Positions 52,030 to 64,000 of a DNA stretch of 64,000 nt are shown one piece after another. Origin of the DNA: Octopus sinensis (lineage: Eukaryota); the NCBI RefSeq assembly GCF_006345805.1, contig NC_043005.1, positions 58,342,001 through 58,406,000 on the forward strand, given 5' to 3'. Positions within the stretch are counted from its first letter, which is position 1, and each line of letters begins with the position of its first letter. Under the pieces are notes generated by a model that was given only the letters and a program-made list of their open reading frames with translations, had not been told where the DNA came from and searched no databases. Made by a program: the position numbers and the translations under genes.

Positions 52030-52545
52030 ATGCCTTCGATAGAAGAAAGTCCAAAAATGAATTTCGCTGCAGCCGTTGGTGGGCGCGAACTCATTGAAAT
52101 TAAAATGGAAGAAATACGGATTGATCATCGACAAAGACGGTGAATCTAGGATAACACCACCAAACGAAATAAAAAATTAAATTAAAGAAAAGACTATTGT
52201 CTATAAAGTATACAATGTAGAGAAAAAAAAAAGATTTGAACACCTGGAGGAAAGCACCATCGAAAAGTGTCCTGGTGCGACTATGAAAGATATCTAACTA
52301 GAGGCAGTAAATTCGCCACAATAGTAGCAAGGTTCGAGTCAATGGAGCGTGCAAGGGAGTACTCGACTCGAACCTTGCAAAGTGGAAATATTTTATTTTT
52401 ACCTTTATATCTGGGACGTAGGATGTCCCGGATAAAAATTAAAAATGTCCCCCTAGAAGTAGAGGTAGGCTGGATTGTAGCCACACTTCTATACAAGAGG
52501 GAGGACAAGATACAATTGATCGAAATTGCAAGAGACGGGCCTACA
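52030..52545 (+). pseudogene. Frameshifted N-terminal fragment of a LINE (L1/Tx1-like) ORF1 / gag-like protein
   Basis: MPSIEESPKMNFAAAVGG..., KEKTIVYKVYNVEKK...FEHLEESTIEK, YLTRGSKFATIVARFESMERAREYSTRTL...LYLGRRMSRIKIKNVPLEVEVGWIVATL form an RRM-like pattern seen in ORF1 proteins. It has stops and frameshifts, no ORF2 follows, and the clade assignment is from recall only. Confidence 0.5.
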
Positions 52546-52686
52546 ATTCCAGTCTGTTATATATTTTGAGTATTGTTATCACTAGTGATATCAAGATATA
52601 ACTTTGTATTTTGTATTTTATGTGTAGATGTATATATATAGATGTACATGTAATATGTACACATATATATACACATATATACATGC

Positions 52687-52727
52687 ACTAGCACTATGAC
52701 CTGGCAACGACGGGTCATAATGCTAGT
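52687..52727. mobile_element. Helitron 3' terminus, duplicated as a palindrome with CTAG at both ends
   Basis: ACTAGCACTATGACCTG-GCAACGA-CGGGTCATAATGCTAGT. Confidence 0.7.
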
Positions 52728-53310
52728 ATATATATATATATATATTTAATTCTTCTTCATCATCGATTAATATCTGTCTTCCATACTAGCATGGGCTGGA
52801 AACTTTGACAGGTTCTGCTTGTGTGTTTGATTTTACATGGTTTTTATGGCTCAGTTCACTTCCTCAAGCGAGGTGAAGTTGATGTGTGACATAGAAGGAA
52901 GGCCTCCACTTGATCTGGTGTTACAAAAGTGATAAGTGCATATTTATTTTCCTGTCCATTTTGTTGCTTTTACACTAAACTTCTGTTGCAACAACACTCA
53001 ATAAACTTACCAAGTTTGCTAAATGCTTTTTACATAATCTTTAGGTTCACGAGTCACAGATGTAGTTTCACAAGTATTCAAAAGCATATTGATGTTTAGT
53101 TAAAAACTGATATTTAATTTTACTATTCATTTTGTTTTTTAAATGTCTGTTTGTTTATTCTCTGGTTGTAAGACATTTCCACTAGCCCCGGATCACTTCG
53201 TTTTTGAATCTTCAAGTTTTATTATTTCTCTGTTCTATTTAGATTATTGATTTCTTATTTATCTGCCTTTCTCATACTTGTCTATGCACACTTATATGTA
53301 TATGTGTGTG

Positions 53311-53357
<47 letters not shown>

Positions 53358-53528
53358 ATATGTATATATATGTATATGTATGTGTATATATATATATATA
53401 TATACATACATCGTATATACATGTATATGTATGTATATATATATATATTATATATATATATATACATACATACGTCGATTTGATTTGATTCGTTTGGTTT
53501 CGTTTGGTTTCTTCTTCTTCTCTAAGCT

Positions 53529-53575
<47 letters not shown>

Positions 53576-53933
53576 TATATATAGATATATATATATATTA
53601 TATACATACATATTATAGCTTGGAAAATGGATGTTAACTGTTAATGATGATCTAGCTATCTATCTATCTATCTATATATATAAAATGTATATGTGTATAA
53701 TATATATATATACATACACACACACATATATATGCATATACCTATATATATATATATACATACACATACATATGCCTATATATATGCATATATATGTATA
53801 TATATGTATATATATATACATATATACATATGTATATATATGTATATATGTATGTGTGAGTGTCTCTCTCTCTCTATATATATATGCTTATACATGTATA
53901 TATATGTGTGTGTATATATATGCACATACATGC

Positions 53934-53978
<45 letters not shown>

Positions 53979-54163
53979 CACATTTTTGAAAAATCTTAGT
54001 CAGGCCATAACAATATCCGCATTGATGCTGGTGTACATGCATATATACAAACAGCAGGAATCAGCCTTCCAGTTAATGAATTTTCATACATGAGTGGACG
54101 CACATTTTATATATGGACACATCTATGCCACAAGTAGCAGAAAACAAGTTGGTAGCTCATGTG

Positions 54164-54204
<41 letters not shown>

Positions 54205-56200
54205 GCACACATGGATATATGCACACACGCATGCGCACACACATCCGCACACAAATGTCAATTGTGTATCTTCGCTATAACTAAAAATCTTCCTGTATTT
54301 CCATCTCAAAGAACAAACGTCTTCTGCATTTTGGGTCTAATCCCATTACTGACACTGACATATGTTGGGAAAGAATGCCTACCATGCTGGTTGTTTCAGA
54401 AAGCTAAGCCCTGCCAGAACTCTCTTTCTCTCTTTCCAAACTAAGCCTGGATTAGCAAGGCAGAAATATTACAGCCTGTCTACTGTTCTATGTTGTTTGA
54501 CAATGACTTACGATCCTTTTGTCCCTTTCATGTATATCCTGAGGGTATTTCTGTGGAAATTAATCATGATAAAGGTTGTTGTTAGTTCTACTGTTGTTTA
54601 GCCCCAGGTCAAGTAAATGAGTCAGATAAGATGTTTGTTGGTCAGAAAATGGCCATCCTGTTATGAGAAGTTTGCTTTGTCCCTTGGTTTTGTCACTTGT
54701 TTTGCCCCCCCCCCCGTTTGGCCCCTTGCTTTTGATTTTCAGTGTGTGTTACTTTGGGCCAAGTGTCTTCTGTGAGAAGCCTTTGAGCGGACCAAAGTTT
54801 TGTGAGTAGACGGGGGACTGAGTAGAAACCTATCAGAAAGGCTGGTTTATTCTCAAAGGTTTAACTTAGTCTGTTACCTGCTTTAACTGAACCAGTGCTA
54901 TCACTGTCACCTCCTCCTACCACCACCACCACCACCACCATTACCACCACCACTACCACCACAAGTACCACCACTAACACCAACACCACCACAATAACCA
55001 CCACCACCACCACCACCACCACCACCACCTTCACTAGTTGAGCTTGTATCTTGGTGGCTGATGATATGTGCATCTCTGATCATGAGCAGAAGTAGTGGGG
55101 GAGTGTCATGGCCATGTGTTGAGAGGAGTTCTTTAGGGTTAGAATAATTCACCTCTGGAAACATGGGTGTTTCATTCAACATCCTACCACTACCACTACC
55201 AGCACAACTGCTAACTCTAACTAATGTGTGTATGTATATATCAATGCTTGTATATATATATATATATATATCAATTCAGGTATGTCCTTTATGGCCATGG
55301 CCCTAGTCCCTATGCCAGCCAAGAGATCTCTGTTGTGTGAGTGCTGGTATCCTTTAAAATGCACTTGTGATGGTGCCACATACAATGCACTTATACCTAT
55401 TTCTTTATTACCCACAAGGGGCTAAACATAGAGGGGACAAACAAAGACAGACATAGGTATTAAGTCGATTACATCGACCCCAGTGCGTAACTGGTACTTA
55501 ATTTATCGACCCCGAAAGGACGAAAGGCAAAGTCGACCTCGGCGGAATTTGAACTCAGAACGTAATGGCAGACGAAATACCGCTAAGCATTTCACCCGAC
55601 GTGCTAACGTTTCTGCCAGCTCGCCGCCTTTATACCAGTGCCATACAAGATGCACTCATGCCAGTGCCACATAAATTGCATTATTTATCCCCCCACCTTC
55701 TCTTGGGAACGAATACCCTTTCATATACTGGACTACTGTCCAGTATGTCTAATATAATGCCCATACCCATCTACTTTTTCTCACACCAGAATGTATTATT
55801 TATTCCTCTTCTCAGTATTTTCGCTACTTGGGAACTGCTAGCATTCATTCTCCTCTGGAATGAATGCCCTTCAATCAACATCATCACCACCATCATTCAA
55901 CGTCTGTTTTCCATGCTAGCACGAGTTATCCAATACACAACTCTTACCTATCAATTAATAAACATGACTGTATGGTTATAAAGTTTGTTTTGAAACTATG
56001 TGTTGTTTTTTGGTTCAATCCCAAGGTATGGTACTTAGGAAGAAGTGTATTGTTTTTTATTATAGTCTTGGACAAAGGTTTTGTATTTGGTTTGCAAAAT
56101 TCTTGACGTGGTGAATTCGTGTGTTGAAGCAAGTCGTATGTCCTGAGGAGGTTAGCACGTTGAATAAAACTGGATGAAAGAGGTTGAGTAGAAACCTGTT

Positions 56201-56564
56201 GAATGGCCCCTGCCTGGTCGTGAATGGCCCCTGCCTGCTCAGGAATGGCTTCTGCCTGGTTATGTATGACCCTGTCTGGCTATAAATGGTCCCTGCCTGA
56301 TCATGAATGGCCCCTGCTTGCTCATGAATGGGCACTGCTTGTTCATGAATGGCCCCTGTTGGCACATGAATGACCTCTGCTTGCTCATGAATGACTGTTG
56401 CCTGCTCATGATTGGCCCCAACCTTATCATGAATAACCTCTGCTTGCTCATGATTGGCTCCTGCCTGCTTATGTATGGCCCTTCCCTGATCATGAATGGC
56501 CTCTACCTGATTGTGAATGGCTTCTGCTTGATCGTGAGATGGCCTCTGTCTGCTCATGAATGGC
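56201..56564. repeat. 21-bp degenerate minisatellite (~17 units, consensus GAATGGCCCCTGCCTGCTCAT)
   Basis: Direct reading. One unit is 20 bp, which shifts the frame of the heptad ORF 56060-56557(-). Confidence 0.9.
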
Positions 56565-58162
56565 AGACGTAATCACTAATAAATCATTGTTATCAGAGAA
56601 TGTTAGTTGTTAGCTAGGAACACAATGTTTACTACAATGTTACCACACAGCTAAATTGTTGTACATACAAGCATAAACACAAGTTTACTCTTTGATACAG
56701 ACACACAATACATATGCACACATACATATGTGTACATGTATTCAGATGGACACATACATGCACACACTCATAAACACACACATACACACACTTATATACA
56801 CTTGCATATATGTGAGCACTCACATCTGCAAGCACACATTCTTACAGATACAAGCACACGTATGCATACTGTACACACACACACATTCATATATATTTCT
56901 TTACTACCCACAAGGGGCTAAACATAGAGGGGACAAACAAGGACAGACAAAGGGATTAAGTCGATTACATCAACCCCAGTGCGTAACTGGTACTTTATTT
57001 ATCGTTCCCGAAAGGATGAAAGGCAAAGTCGACCTCGGCGGAATTTGAACTCAGAACGTAACGACAGACGAAATACCGATAAGCATTTCGCCCGGCACGT
57101 TAACGTTTCTGCCAGCTCATATATGCACAACATGTGCACTTGTGAATACACATATGAAAATGCACTCACACTTATGTACACAGCCATGAACACATGCAAA
57201 CACACAAACATACATGTTCATAAACATACATAGAGATGCACTTATATACACATGGACGTATGCACACACATGTTCAGACTTACACAAACCTGAGTATACA
57301 CATAAAAACACACACACACTTTGTGTGCAGAAGCATACATTAACACATATGCACACACACACACATGAGCATGCTCACACACACATGTATATATAAATCA
57401 TACATGCTTTCACATATAAAATGCACACATGTACGCACATGAACACATGTGGGTGTACACACCCACACGCATGCACATACCCATGTACCCATGAAAACAC
57501 ACACATATGCACACTAATATATACTCACACATACCCACACATTTACTCGTACATATGCACACATGCACGCAATCATACACACACACACACACTTTGCCAA
57601 TATTGCTAACTAAAGACTATTTTACAATACTGAAGTTGACTCCCGGTTCAGTTTCTTAGAATTTATTTCTCAATGTAAAATGCTAAGGTGTTAGAGTCAT
57701 TGTTGGCAATTCTCTAACGTATCTATCCTTCTTTTATTGGCTATCTTTGAAAAGTTTAAAGATCCGTGATCTTTCAGAACCCATCTTGATTTCCTCATCT
57801 CACGAGGAAGTTAAGTTTGTTACCTCATAACTTTCTTCTGTCTGTTAATATTGGCATAATCATTGGATTATAAAGCAAAATGTTTTGTAACATTTATTAT
57901 GGATCTTTATATTCTGAGATCAAATTCTGGTATGGTTGATTTTTGCCTTGCTTCCTTCTGGGGTCAATAAAATGAAGTAACAGTTAATCATAAATGGTAA
58001 AGGTAACTTTCTTGAGTCATGTTGACCCATAAGGGCCAGTTTGTTGGTTTCCATGGCATATAAATTCACCACCTGGATGGGACTCCAGTCACTCACAGGA
58101 TAACTCATTTATTGCCAGCTTAGTGGACTGGAGCAATGTGAAATGAAGCGTTTTACTCAACA

Positions 58163-59465
58163 CCATTAGTTATGGTAAAGAAAAATCTTGTAGACTGGCG
58201 TCCTTGTGGATTATGGATTTTGCAACTTCTTTGAGTGGTTGTACTATTTTTACAAAAATTGATTTAGTCAGAGCATACAATCAAATTCTTGTTGCAGAAA
58301 AAGATATACGGAAGACAGCGATTACCACTCCATTTGGTTTATTTGAATTCCTTCGCATGCCTTTCGGATTGAGGAATGCAGCAAAAACTTTCCAAAGATT
58401 TATGGACGAAGTAACAAGAAATTTACCTTTCGTATTTGCTTATATAGATGATATTCTCATTGCTAGTCCATCAGAAGAAGCACATGAAGACCATTTAAAA
58501 CAAATTTTCGAGAGATTGACAAATTATGGCATTGTGATAAATCCATCGAAGTGTGTTTTTGGTGAACCCACTATATCTTTTCTGGGTCATCTTATCAATA
58601 AAGATGGAATTCAACCATTACCGGAGAAAATTGAAGCTGTTAAAAAATTTCTTGTACCAAAGACTTTAAGAAAGCTCAAAGAATTTTTAGGGATAGTTAA
58701 TTTTTACAGAAAATGTATTCCTAAAGTCACTGAAACTCTATATCCCTTAACTGAGCTATTGAAAAATAGAAAGAAGGTAAAATGAATTACAAGCTTTTAA
58801 AAAAATTAAAGATAAACTGTGTGAAGCAACACTTTTAAACCATCAGGTTCCTGAAGCAGAATTATCATTGATAGTTGATGCTTCCGATGTTGGAATCGGT
58901 GGCATCCTACAGCAATTTCATTGTAATTCCTGGCAACCATTAGCATTCTTTTCAAAAAAATTCAAAGTACTAGAAACTAAATACAGTGTTTTCGGCAGAG
59001 AATTGTTGGCAGCTTATTTGTCAATTAAACACTTCGGACATCTTCTTGAAAGTAGGTCATTTACTTTATTTACTGACCATAAACCGTTAACATATGCATT
59101 AAAAAGTTCTTCGGAGAAATATTCTCCTAGAGAAATAAGACACCTTGATTTTATTTCACAATTTACTGTGGATATATGTTATGTCAAGGGTGTTGAAAAT
59201 TCAGCATTAGATGCACTTTTTAGAATGAATGTAGATGCATTAAATTCACTAAACACTATAAATTTAGAAGAAATATCTAAGGATCAAGTTGCGGATAAAG
59301 AATTTTCTTTATATAAAAATTCCAATTCAACTTCTTTAAAATTTAAAATGTTGCCGATCCATTCGTGTAATTCACATATTTGGTGTGATATTTCTACAGG
59401 TGTTTTGAGACTATTTGTGTCTGAAAAGCATAGAAAAATTGTTTTTTCTAGCTTACATAATTTTT
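58163..59465 (+). mobile_element. Ty3/Gypsy pol fragment (RT, RNase H, start of the integrase-proximal region), inactivated
   Basis: [70 protein letters not shown], then VDASDVGIGGILQQ, YSVFGRELLA, FTDHKPL. There is a deletion after WRPCG and a stop/frameshift at 58783-58790; no LTRs recognised. Confidence 0.93.
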
Positions 59466-60688
59466 TCAATACATTTGAATTAATAGTTATAACACATCAA
59501 TATATACAATGCATTTATAAATTACATGTTAAGCATATGAAATTAGCCTTTCCAATATGGCTTTCCAATTATAATGTTCATATACATTTCATTTCTCTGG
59601 AAAAAAAAAATTTTTATACCTGCTACACCTTATGTTGCTGGAGTGTATGCTACATTGTGTTCTTTTTTGGGACACCAAGAGGTTGCACCAGGCTCCAGTC
59701 TGATCTGGCAGTGTATCTACAGCTGGATGCCCTTCCTAATGCCAACCACTCAAAATAAAATAAGCTTCCATGCAGTTTCTGTCAACTAAATTCACTCACA
59801 AAACATTGATTAACCCAGGGCTATAGCAGAAGATACTTGCACAAAGTTCTGAACCCAGAACTATCTGGTCGCAAAGCAAAACTCCCTACCTAAGCCTATG
59901 TGTTTTTCACAAGACTCAAGGTACATGAATGTATTGATCCGTAATACTGATTTGATCAACTCTGAAACAGTACTTACTATAAGATCAATATATATAAATT
60001 CCAAGCTGTGAATTTTCTGGATATTTTCTCTCAACAAGTAAAGCCACAATTCACAGGCTATATAATACAACATCGATAACTTCGCTTGAAAGTATGTTCC
60101 GAGATTTATTTGTCAAAAATTACTCTGCAGTAAATAGTTTTCTGTCTCCAATAATCTCATTGGGAAACAATCCCAAATCCTGAAAAATCTAATAAATATA
60201 CTCTTCCATTATTAGAAACAATTATATGAATCGGCTTTGTGACAAAAAGCTACACAGGTGGCATTCACACCTCGCCTATTGTATTCGACATTTCAATGGA
60301 TTTCATTGAAAAATGTTATAATGTTGGAATTATTAATTTGAAAACATTGGTTCCATTGTATTATTGATATGTTCTCAAAGTTATTAATGTTAACAAGTAC
60401 GTAGAGAGTCTGTCATTGAGAGGTAACGATAGTTTTGTACATATATGAGTGTAAGTGTACATGCACACACAGATAAAATGTATGTACATATGTATACATA
60501 TGCATATAAATATGTTCACATGTATACACACATGCATATACAAGTATACAGAGATAAGTATGTATGTATATGTGGAGACACACATAAATGTATACATCTG
60601 CATTTGTGTACACACATGAAAGTGAGAAAGAATACCTACATCATATAACACTTGTATTGATATACAACTACTGTAATAAACTTCATTT

Positions 60689-60723
<35 letters not shown>

Positions 60724-60794
60724 CATCATCATCATCATCATCGTTTAGCGTCCGTTATATATATATACACACATGCACACACACACACATATAT

Positions 60795-60825
<31 letters not shown>

Positions 60826-61121
60826 TATGGTTTACTGGTTAGGTTGTTGAACTCGTGATTGTAAGATTGTGGTTTCAATTCCTGGGAGACACGTGTTCTT
60901 GAGCAAAACACTTCATTTCACATTGCTCCAGTCCACTCAGCTGGCAAAAATGAGTAATACTGTGATGGACAGGTGCCCCAATCAGGGTGTGACTGTATAT
61001 GCCATGGAAACCAGGAAACCAGCCCTATGAGTTTATATAATTTGGGAAGGTCTTTTATCCTATATGCGTGTGTGTATGTGTATATATACATGTGTATATA
61101 TATATACACGTGTATATATAT

Positions 61122-61177
<56 letters not shown>

Positions 61178-62149
61178 TATATATATAAAAGCCCTCTTTG
61201 TACATATATCTATATGCATTATTTTACACTTTACACATAGTTATATCAGCACATATTTTTCGAGTATTTATATTTTTTATACTTTAGATTTTATAATTTT
61301 TCTTTAAATATATCTATGCATTACCATTAATCTCAATATCCTGCTTCTGATTCATAGTGTTAAATTAATAGATAGTATATATATCTTTCCAGATATTCCA
61401 TATGTAAGTGCCTTGAGTAGTCTTTATAGAAACAACCTGATAATTAATTAATTAAGTTCAAAAAAGGCTATTAAAATGATTCTACAAAATATTCCTTTTT
61501 AATGTTTATAATTGATACATACACACCTTTTAGCTATTTTGGCTATGATATCATTTTGGAATTCTTAAATTTTATTTTGTACAACATAACAATATTGTTT
61601 ATAAACGTTTCCCCATCGTGCCCCTAATAAATTTTACCTGTATTAGCATCTTAAGTTTCTTAGTGTCTTGCCCCTTTAACTGGTAATTAACATCGTGATT
61701 TGAAGTCTACACCTACCCTGCCTCTTTTTTATTGACAGTTACTTCTATCAGTTTGACTCTTTTATTTCCTTTCTCTTAGGGAAAAGGGATACCTATATTA
61801 TTTATAACCATAATTAGCCATGAGATGTCAACTCACTCTTGTTCTTTATTCAAAATAGATACAGTCTTCTAGTCTCACATTTAATATATAATAAAGAGAT
61901 AATTAAATTAGAAACGAATTACAACCCTATGACTCCACTATGCTCCAAGTGATTTTAAGAAATTGTCGTATATTCTTAGCGACTTTGCTACAATAGCAAC
62001 AACATGAATTCCTTCCATCTTCCTACTCTGTTACAATATGTAAGCAAAATTATATTAATGTATCCTACTTGTTAAAAAATTTCCAACCATATTGCTATGC
62101 CTATGCTTATGCAACACTTGTTTTGGTTCAGTCCCACTGTGAAGGCACT

Positions 62150-62457
62150 TGGCTTAGTGGTTTGAGTGTCAGGTTCACAATCATGAGGTAGTGAGTTCGA
62201 TACCCAGACAGGGCAGTGCGTTGTGTTCTGGAGCAAGACACTTTATTTCACATTCCTCCAGTTCACTCAGCTGTAGAAATGAGTTGTGATGTCACTGGTA
62301 CCAAGGTGTATTGGCCCCTTTGCCTTTCCCTTATATAACATCGGTGGTGTGGAGAGGGGAGACTGGTATGCATGGTTGACTGCTGGTCTTCCAGAAACAA
62401 CCTTGTCCAGACTTGTGCAATACCACAGTCATTCATGACTAAAGGGGTTCTTTACCC
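62150..62457 (+). mobile_element. tRNA-derived CORE-like SINE, family D
   Basis: TGGCTTAGTGG / GAGTTCGATACCC boxes followed by GAGCAAGACACTTTATTTCACATT.CTCCAGTTCACTCAGCTG; related pieces at 8720-8920, 27030-27240(-), 48620-48910(-), 60835-61030. Confidence 0.7.
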
Positions 62458-62889
62458 ACTGTGTAGCATCTTGGGCATGTTTCTTCTACTGTAGCTCTGG
62501 GCTGACCAAATCCTTGTGAATGGATATGGTAGAAAGAAACTGAAAGAAGCCCATCACACACACACACACACATAAAAAATAAATGCGCCCTTTTAAAGCC
62601 TAGCCAGGCTCATGGGCCCAGTTTCCCGGTTTCTATGGCATATGTCTTCCCCAGCTGGATGGGACGCCAGTCCATCACAGCGTTACTCATTTTTGCCAGC
62701 TGAGTGGACTGGAGCAACATGAAATGAAGTGTTTTGCTCAAGAACACAACACATTGCCCGGTCCAGGAATTGAAACCATAATCTTATGATCGTGATGCTG
62801 ACACCCTAACCACTAAGCCACGCGTCCCCACTTCGGCTGACTATGCTAACTATTAAAGGCGATGAGCTGGCAGAACCGTTAGCATATAT

Positions 62890-63031
<142 letters not shown>

Positions 63032-63310
63032 TCTTTTACTCTTTTACTTGTTTCAATCATTTGACTGCAGCCATGCTGGAGCACCGCCTTTAGTCGAGCA
63101 ACTCGACCCCGGGACTTATTCTTTTGTAAGCCCAGTACTTATTCTATCGGTCTCTTTTGCCGAACCGCTATATATATATATATATATATCATTTTAAAGT
63201 TATTTCTACAAATATTCTATAGAATTTAGAGCCAGCACAGAAAGTTATGATGTTTTGTACACAAATACATCTTTCTAAACTATGTAATTGAAGATGGAAG
63301 AATAGGTAAT

Positions 63311-63357
63311 TGGTGCATATTCATATTTCAGGAGTTATTGCTTCTTCTTCAGCACCA
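63311..63357 (-). ncRNA. Degenerate type-I hammerhead motif (G at cleavage position 17)
   Basis: UGGUG-CUGAAGA-AGAAG(CAAUAA)CUCCU-GAA-AUAUGAAUAU-G-CACCA: 5-bp stem I, 4/5-bp stem II, canonical core, but N17=G. Confidence 0.5.
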
Positions 63358-64000
63358 CGTCCAATCCATTAACCATCCACAAATACATTGCATCTATGTG
63401 TGCATGTATGTATGCATGCACCTCTGTATTTATGTCTATATGTATATATATATGGGTGCAGGAGTGGCTGTGTGGTAAGTAGCTTGCTTACCAACCACAT
63501 GGTTCCGGGTTCATTCCCACTGCGTGGCACCTTGGGCAAGTGTCTTCTGTTGCCTCGGGCTGACCAAAGCCTTGTGAATGGATTTAGTAGTTGGAAACTG
63601 AAAGAAGCCTGTCGTATATATGTATATATATGTATGTGTGTGTATATGTTTGTGTGTTTGTGTTTGTCCCCTCAACATTGCTTGACAACTGATGCTGGTC
63701 TGTTTACATCCCCATAACTTAGCGGTTCCACAAAAGAGACAGATAGAATAAGTACTAGGCTTCCAAAGAATAAGTCCTGGTGTCGATTTGCTCAACTAAA
63801 GGTGGTGCTCCAGTACGGCCGCAATCAAATGACTGAAACAAGTAATGGAGAAAAGAGTATATATGTATATGTGTATGTTCACTTCCGTGTTTTTATTATC
63901 TGAATTCTTTCTTTGAAGAAGGAGTTGGTTTCTAGCAAAGATACAAGGCTCCATCTTTAGAATGTAGATAACAAAAACAATGTCACATTTTAAACTTGAG

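Noticed and set aside
59978-60179. Minus-strand segment with good acceptor (TTTTTCAG) and donor (GTAAGT)
   Set aside because: All three frames contain stops and there is no recognisable homology.
61393-61403. 11-nt microexon candidate (TTTCCAG|ATATTCCATAT|GTAAGT)
   Set aside because: It does not match the expected CFAP65 continuation, and such motifs arise by chance in 64 kb.
63300-63390. WIGRG peptide on the minus strand as a Tc1-type transposase motif
   Set aside because: The following WPPRSPDL motif is absent; the same bases are better explained by the hammerhead-like fold.

Overview
AT-rich eukaryotic DNA dominated by (TA)n/(CA)n/(TAA)n microsatellites and dozens of copies of a few tRNA-derived SINE families. 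The repeat complement looks like an octopus (coleoid cephalopod) genome; this is inference from sequence recognition, with no search run. The only host gene I can support is a + strand CFAP65 (CCDC108) ortholog: two in-frame coding exons (4515-4735, 18731-18869) separated by a ~14 kb intron. I could not find a further exon in the remaining 45 kb. The rest is transposon debris: R4/Dong-like and HERO-like REL-endonuclease retrotransposon fragments, RTE LINE pieces, a gag-like LINE ORF1 fragment, a Ty3/Gypsy pol fragment, an internally deleted mariner, several Helitron pieces and foldback/MITE palindromes. The most striking unannotated signal is a set of at least six minimal type-I hammerhead-ribozyme-like motifs of the Penelope-like-element kind. 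Two of these are identical U3-A8 core variants sitting on opposite arms of a perfect ~175-bp palindrome that was later split by a SINE. Almost all long ORFs in the supplied track are microsatellite artefacts.
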